From positions 1-40,278 of the forward strand of contig JAEEKL010000210.1 in NCBI GenBank assembly GCA_016282395.1: a DNA stretch of 40,278 nt, written 5' to 3'. The position numbers were made by a program, and so were the translations under genes. Origin of the DNA: Bacteroidales bacterium. Its GTDB lineage: Bacteria > Bacteroidota > Bacteroidia > Bacteroidales > WCHB1-69. Each line of letters opens with the position of its first letter. Position 1 is the first letter of the stretch. The notes beneath the pieces are model-generated. The model was not told the DNA's origin, made no database searches, and saw nothing but the letters and a program-made list of their open reading frames with translations. Positions 34,962 to 40,278 of this stretch are shown one piece after another.

Positions 34962-35082
34962 ATCTGTCTGAAATCGGCGGCAAAGATACACTTTTTTTGG
35001 ATTCCGCCAAACATTTTCTAAACTTTTCCTTTTTTCTTTGGAACAGACTGAAAAACAAGCTGTTATTTATCATTCAGTAGGC

Positions 35083-36327
35083 TTAATATCCGAACACCGT
35101 CTGTGCCTCGTCCATTTTCTTTATCACGGGAACGTTGAAAGGACAGCGAGATTCGCATTGTCCGCAACCCACGCAATCGCTTGCGTGATGTTCCAGCTTT
35201 TTGTATTTTGCGGCTAATTCCTCGTTCACAACACCGCCGTTCTGCTGTACTTCGTCGAGTAGTTCGTTCACTGCCGCAATGTCAATGCCTACGGGACAGG
35301 GGGCGCAATGTTTGCAGTAAGTGCAGCCAGTGCTCCCGCCTTCATTCTGAGCAGTCAGCTTGTTGAGCACAGCGTTATAGTCTTTCTCCTCATCAGTGGC
35401 CTTGAGATAGTGCAAGTCGGATTCGAGTTCCTCGATGTTGTCGGCGCCACAGATGGCCACGGACACACACGGTTTCGCCATCGCATAGGCGATGCATTGC
35501 ACGGGCGTGAGGGCGACTTTCAGGGGCGATTTCTCTGCTTCGAGAAGTTTGCCACCGCCGCCGAACACCTTCATCACCGTGATGGCGATGTTGTGTTGGG
35601 CGCAGTAGTCGTAAAGTTCCACACGCACGGGGTCGATGCCAGGCAGCATGTTCTCATAGCTTTTCGGGTCCCACGGGTTGTTGCCCGACAACACACGGTC
35701 GAAGGCGGGGTTGAGGCTGAACATGATGACCTCCACCAGACCGCTCTTGGCGGCTTTCAGCGCAACTTCCGCATTATGACTGCTTAAGCCGATATGTTGG
35801 ATTTTGCCCTCTTTCTTGAGTTGTTTCACATATTCGAGGTATGGGGTGCCTTGCAAGGAGTCCCATTCCGCGAGGTTATCGACGATGTGAATCATGCCCA
35901 CTTCGATATGGTCGGTGCCGAGACGCTCGAGCAGGTCGTTGAAGCCTTTCTTACATTTTTCCAAATCGCGGGTACGCTCGTAACTTGAGCCGTTCCACCA
36001 GCAGCCCACATGGCCTTGGATGACCATCTCGTCGCGACGACCTTTGAGCGCGTAGCCAATGTTACTGCGCACCTTAGGATCGGCATCATAAATGTCTATG
36101 TAGTTCACACCGTGGTCAAGGGCATAGACCATGTATTCACGTGCCTCGGCGGTGTCGATTTTGCCGAAGATGCCACAGCCGATGCCGATTTCGCCCACGC
36201 GGATGCCAGTGCTGCCCAATGCACGATAGGCCATATCAGGGTTCTCTTTGACGGTCTGCTTCTGATGGCAGGAAAACAGCGTCAGTATCAGACCAATGAG
36301 CAGAAAGAAGGTGATAATCTTTTTCAT
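35083..36327 (-). CDS. Aldo/keto reductase with C-terminal 4Fe-4S dicluster domain and lipoprotein signal
   Basis: YRALGSTGIRVGEIGIG, KIQHIGLSSH, ITVMKVFGGG, CTYCKHCAPC and CVGCGQCESRCP; N-terminus MKKIITFFLLIGLILTLFSC; -7 box at 36352-36359. Confidence 0.88.
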   Translation of the reverse strand: MKKIITFFLLIGLILTLFSCHQKQTVKENPDMAYRALGSTGIRVGEIGIGCGIFGKIDTAEAREYMVYALDHGVNYIDIYDADPKVRSNIGYALKGRRDEMVIQGHVGCWWNGSSYERTRDLEKCKKGFNDLLERLGTDHIEVGMIHIVDNLAEWDSLQGTPYLEYVKQLKKEGKIQHIGLSSHNAEVALKAAKSGLVEVIMFSLNPAFDRVLSGNNPWDPKSYENMLPGIDPVRVELYDYCAQHNIAITVMKVFGGGGKLLEAEKSPLKVALTPVQCIAYAMAKPCVSVAICGADNIEELESDLHYLKATDEEKDYNAVLNKLTAQNEGGSTGCTYCKHCAPCPVGIDIAAVNELLDEVQQNGGVVNEELAAKYKKLEHHASDCVGCGQCESRCPFNVPVIKKMDEAQTVFGY

Positions 36328-36463
36328 TTTACCTGTTTTTGTTTGAAAAGGCAAAGATACAATTTTCTTTTCTATATAGAATGATGAATTATGAAAAAAT
36401 AAACACGCCGACAGCCATACATCACAAACCGAAAACTGAAAAAATCGTATTTTTGCGCCCTAT

Positions 36464-37807
36464 ATGAAAAAAACGATACTCCTTTCTGACCATTTCACTA
36501 TAAGGAAACTGTTCCGTTTTACGGTGCCCGCCATGATGATGATGGTGTTCATTTCGATTTACAGCGTAATCGACGGCTTTTTCGTCTCCAATTTCGCAGG
36601 TACGACCTCTTTCGCCGCCCTTAACCTAATCTATCCCTTCCTGATGTTCTTGAGCGTGATCGGTTTTGTCTTCGGTGCGGGTGGTACCGCGCTGATAGCC
36701 AAAACCTTGGGAGAAGAAAAGCCCGCCGAGGCCAACCGGATCTTTTCCCTTTTGATTTATACTGGAGCGCTTGTCGGTGTGTTTTTCGCCGCTGTGGGGT
36801 GGCCATTGCTCGACAATGTTTCTGTCATGCTAGGCGCAGACGAAGCCATGGTGGATGAGTGCGTGATATACGGCCGAATCATGCTTCTGGCAATGCCGTT
36901 TTTCATTCTCCAAATCATGTTTCATTCACTATTCGTCGCGGCGGAGAAACCGAATCTCGGTCTGGTGGTCACACTTATTTCCGGAGGACTTAACATGCTG
37001 CTGGATGCCTTGTTCATCGCAGGTTTCGGTTGGGGGCTGAAGGGTGCTGCGTGGGCCACGGCATTGTCACAGATGGTTGGAGGAGTCATTCCGCTGATTT
37101 ATTTCATTGTCCCGAATAGTTCCCGCCTGCAGCTTTGCCGTCCCGTTTTCGATAGTACGGCGTTGCGACAGACCTGCTTCAACGGTATTAGCGAGTTTTT
37201 CTCCAATGTGTCGGCGACTGTGGTTTCAATGCTATACAACCTTCAGTTGATGAAGCATATAGGAGAGGATGGCGTGGCGGCATACGGGGTAATCATGTAT
37301 GTGGCGTTTATTTTCGCGGCAGTTATGATTGGCTATGGCATGGGTTCAGGACCGATTGTCAGCTTTCACTATGGAGCCGGGAACCGGGATGAATTAAGGA
37401 ATGTATTCACCAAAAGTATGATGCTGATTGGTATTATGGGGCTGACAGAATTCTTCCTCGCACAGTTTCTGGCCCGTCCGTTGGCACACATTTTTGTCAG
37501 CTACGACCCCGATCTATTAGCACTCACGACCCGAGCCCTGCGAATCTACAGTGTATCCTTCCTACTGATGGGTTTCAACGGCTATGCGTCGGCCTTCTTC
37601 ACCGCACTGAACAACGGGCTGGTGTCCGCACTCATCTCCACGAACCGCACGTTGGTCTGCGAGACGTTGGCAGTACTGTTGCTGCCCACTTTCTTCGGCG
37701 TCAGCGGCATTTGGTACGCCATCGTATTCGCCGAGGTCGCCGCCCTTGTACTCGCCGCAACGATGCTGGTGCGGAACGGAGGCAAGTACGGATACCTGAG
37801 ACGATAA
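36464..37807 (+). CDS. MATE family efflux transporter
   Basis: About 12 TM segments, IYSVIDGFFVSNF, NMLLDALFI..WGLKGAAWAT; -7 box at 36448-36455. Confidence 0.92.
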   Translation: MKKTILLSDHFTIRKLFRFTVPAMMMMVFISIYSVIDGFFVSNFAGTTSFAALNLIYPFLMFLSVIGFVFGAGGTALIAKTLGEEKPAEANRIFSLLIYTGALVGVFFAAVGWPLLDNVSVMLGADEAMVDECVIYGRIMLLAMPFFILQIMFHSLFVAAEKPNLGLVVTLISGGLNMLLDALFIAGFGWGLKGAAWATALSQMVGGVIPLIYFIVPNSSRLQLCRPVFDSTALRQTCFNGISEFFSNVSATVVSMLYNLQLMKHIGEDGVAAYGVIMYVAFIFAAVMIGYGMGSGPIVSFHYGAGNRDELRNVFTKSMMLIGIMGLTEFFLAQFLARPLAHIFVSYDPDLLALTTRALRIYSVSFLLMGFNGYASAFFTALNNGLVSALISTNRTLVCETLAVLLLPTFFGVSGIWYAIVFAEVAALVLAATMLVRNGGKYGYLRR

Positions 37808-37844
37808 TGCAATGAAAGACGAGATGAGAAGATCAATATAAAAC

Positions 37845-39659
37845 TCAATCCACCATTCCAAACACCTTGATCACCCATGCGTTCTCCAACACGTTCAACT
37901 TTTTCGTATCAATGCAGGAGAAGTCAATGGTGAGCGTCCCCTTCTTGTCTTGCTTCCATTTCAACATATTGTATTTTACCCCTTTTTGACCCTGAAAGTC
38001 CACCTGTTCATCTGTGCCTAAAAGAATCATTTCCGCTTTCGGGTTCAGTTTTGGCATATTCTTGATGACCAACGGATTGCGCGGGTCTGGACGTTCAAAC
38101 TCGATAATGTAAAGGTTGTCGTCCTTGGTGGTGAAGCAGCGGATGGGCTTCTTCCAACTGATGTCGCCCAGCCACAATGTGGGAATGGGAACACTTTCCT
38201 CACCGTCTTTGCTCCATTTCAAGGAGACTGTCGCCTCTAAATCCTCTTCATGGTAATCAACCCTAAGTGACAACTCTTCATTCTTATATAATTTTAATAC
38301 GGTTTGCGCTTTAGGGTTGGAAATGGCATTTTTATCATAATGGAGTAAGGTGTCCCATATATTCGAGGCTGTTTCTCTGTAAACAGTGGCTTTGTCGTCT
38401 GCATTCAATGTCAGCGTGTAATTTCCATCGGCAGGAACGGTCACTTCCCCCTCCAAATGGAGGTCAAAATGGTCTGGGGTGGCTTCAGGTATCGGAGAAT
38501 TGCGAACCCAATCGTGGTCTATCATAAAAGAACAATATGAATAGGACACCTTATCCTGTTGGCAGGGAATCTCACACGGACGCGAACCGTAGATAGCTTC
38601 TCCGTTGATTTCCAACCATTTGCCAAGGTTTCGAAGTCGTTCCTGCTGGATGAGCGGGATGGTGCCGTCGGCATAGGGTCCCACGTTGAGGGTCAAACCG
38701 CCGCCATGAGCCACCAATTCCACAAAATGCTGGATCAACTCCTTGTCGGTCATATAGTTGTCCAAACTCTCGTTGCGGTTGAGGCCGAAACTGCGCCCAA
38801 GTCCACGACACTCCGCCCACGGAACTTCCGTGTTCGCAATGCCCGCGCTGTATTCTGGCGTGAGGAAACCGTGCTTCGTGCCATTGCCCCATCGGTTGTT
38901 CACGATGGCATCCTTGCCCACGGTGTTGTAGTACCAGCTGATAAGTTCTTGAGAACGAAGCTGTTCCGCTGTATTGTTCCAGTCACCGTCGGAGAAGATG
39001 AGGTCGGGTTTGTAGCGGTTTACTAACTCCTTGAACTGCGGCACCATGTAGTTGTCCACGTATTCGCTGATTTCGTTGTCAGGGTCCACCATCCAGATGT
39101 GGAGCGGGTTAGTCCATTCGGGCAGCGAGTAGTAGAAACCCATGCGCAGCCCCTTCGCACGCACCGAGTTCGTCAGTTCCTCCACAATGTTGCGCCGCGG
39201 ACCGCTCGCCACGCTGTTCCATTGCGGCTGGAACTTGCTGTCCCACAGACAGTAGCCATCGTGGTGCTTGGTGACGAGGACGACGTACTGCGCACCGGCG
39301 TACTTGAACATCTGCGCCCAGTCGTCGGGGTTCCAAAGCTCTGCGTGCCAGTGTTTTGTCAGTTCCTTGTACTGGTCGAAAACGGGTTTGTTGGTGTCGG
39401 CATAGTAGCCCATGATGCGTGTCCGTTCGGGTTCTTTCTGCATCAATCCACGGTAGAACCATTCGCCGTAGCCCTCCATCGAGGCATACGCAGGCACAGA
39501 ATAGAGTCCCCAGTGGATGAAGATGCCGAGTTTCGCGTCGCGGAACCACTGTGGATAGCCGCGCTGGTTGATGGATTCCCAGGTGGGTTGCACATCACCC
39601 TGTTGCGCCAAGGCTGACAGCGACAGAGCTATAATGAGTAGTAAGATTAATCGTTTCAT
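37845..39659 (-). CDS. Secreted alpha-L-fucosidase (GH29) with inserted PA14 domain
   Basis: WFRDAKLGIFIHWG, VTKHHDGYCLW, FSDGDW (nucleophile) and WLEINGEAIYGSRP; PA14-like IDHDW..VPADGNYT..NADD..RVDYHE..VSLKWS. Confidence 0.92.
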   Translation of the reverse strand: MKRLILLLIIALSLSALAQQGDVQPTWESINQRGYPQWFRDAKLGIFIHWGLYSVPAYASMEGYGEWFYRGLMQKEPERTRIMGYYADTNKPVFDQYKELTKHWHAELWNPDDWAQMFKYAGAQYVVLVTKHHDGYCLWDSKFQPQWNSVASGPRRNIVEELTNSVRAKGLRMGFYYSLPEWTNPLHIWMVDPDNEISEYVDNYMVPQFKELVNRYKPDLIFSDGDWNNTAEQLRSQELISWYYNTVGKDAIVNNRWGNGTKHGFLTPEYSAGIANTEVPWAECRGLGRSFGLNRNESLDNYMTDKELIQHFVELVAHGGGLTLNVGPYADGTIPLIQQERLRNLGKWLEINGEAIYGSRPCEIPCQQDKVSYSYCSFMIDHDWVRNSPIPEATPDHFDLHLEGEVTVPADGNYTLTLNADDKATVYRETASNIWDTLLHYDKNAISNPKAQTVLKLYKNEELSLRVDYHEEDLEATVSLKWSKDGEESVPIPTLWLGDISWKKPIRCFTTKDDNLYIIEFERPDPRNPLVIKNMPKLNPKAEMILLGTDEQVDFQGQKGVKYNMLKWKQDKKGTLTIDFSCIDTKKLNVLENAWVIKVFGMVD

Positions 39660-39702
39660 TAGTACTTTTATTTTTGAAAGTGCGAAAGTACATTTTTATC
39701 AT

Positions 39703-39732
39703 AAAAAACACCTCGGAATTTCTCCCGAGGTG
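39703..39732 (-). terminator. Intrinsic terminator of kce
   Basis: CACCTCGG / CCGAGGTG stem followed by T6 on the minus strand. Confidence 0.8.
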
Positions 39733-39763
39733 CTCTTACGTCATACGTCTAATGACCTACATC

Positions 39764-40278
39764 TTATCTCTTCTTCAGGCCGAGAATCTCGCGAGCCTCA
39801 TCGGAAGTGGCGATGGGACGACCAAGAAGTTTGGCCATGCGGACGACCTTATCGACGAGTTCACCGTTGCTCTTGGCAAGCACGCCTCTTTCGAGGTAGA
39901 GGTTGTCTTCGAAGCCGACGCGCACGTTACCGCCCATGACGATAGTTGGCGCGGCGAGGGTGAAGGCGTGGCGGCCGATACCGGTGCTCGTCCAAGTGCT
40001 GCCAGCGGGGATGTTCTTCACGAGCCAGCAGAGGTTGTCAACCGTGGCGGGGGTGCAGCCGGGAACGCCGAGCACAAAGTTGAACTGCATCGGAGCGCCA
40101 GGAACCTCGCCCTTGCGAGCCATGGTGAGGATGGTGTCGAGGTGACCCATCTCGAAGCACTCGTATTCGGGTTTGATGACGCGCTCGATCCTACGTTTTC
40201 CGAACGCACGCATGGTCGGCATCGTGTTATCGAAAATCTCGTCGCCGAAATTGCAGGTACCGCAGTCGAGGGTAGCCA
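39764..40278 (-). CDS. kce: 3-keto-5-aminohexanoate cleavage enzyme (BKACE), 5'-truncated by the window edge
   Basis: The frame stays open to the edge: ATLDCGTCNFGDEIF, IKPEYECF, FNFVLG, GIGRH, GGNVRVGFEDNLY and AKSNGELV. Confidence 0.88.
   Translation of the reverse strand, partial: ATLDCGTCNFGDEIFDNTMPTMRAFGKRRIERVIKPEYECFEMGHLDTILTMARKGEVPGAPMQFNFVLGVPGCTPATVDNLCWLVKNIPAGSTWTSTGIGRHAFTLAAPTIVMGGNVRVGFEDNLYLERGVLAKSNGELVDKVVRMAKLLGRPIATSDEAREILGLKKR

Noticed and set aside
34887-37807. tRNA-anchored genomic island
   Set aside because: No integrase and no duplicated tRNA 3' end seen; the candidate genes lie on the tRNA 5' side.

Overview
A 40 kb, mostly core-genome window from an anaerobic Bacteroidota bacterium, probably Bacteroidales. 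The assignment rests on TAnnTTTG -7 promoter boxes, a T9SS operon and lptD/amidase/mlaD synteny. Left to right: rnpB (truncated by the window edge), dnaN, DUF3109, tryptophanase, MORN protein, ompH, recQ, a degenerate HldD-like SDR, the complete porP-gldKLMN (T9SS) operon, a 1148-aa beta-barrel protein, a transketolase C-half, an ECF sigma/anti-sigma/periplasmic triad, crt-hbd, a decayed patch (IS transposase remnant plus LRR pseudogene), an HsdR-N protein, nspC, a 70-aa GldL-like protein, an aminotransferase, lptD, amidase, mlaD, DUF3127, NlpC/P60, mltG, tRNA-Val(GAC), a lipoprotein aldo/keto reductase, MATE, a GH29 fucosidase and kce (truncated). I saw no CRISPR array, prophage or intact mobile element. 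The best leads are: (1) a stand-alone mini-GldL that aligns without gaps to the local GldL but lacks all proton-path residues; (2) a half-size SprA-like barrel gene directly upstream of the T9SS operon; (3) intergenic ATGA-based 8/11-nt repeats that form chains of stop/start-coupled micro-ORFs between genes; (4) an HldD pseudo-enzyme; (5) an SSB-like DUF3127 with a prion-like QGY tail; (6) an NADP-type Hbd. All family assignments come from motif recognition and memory, not from database searches.
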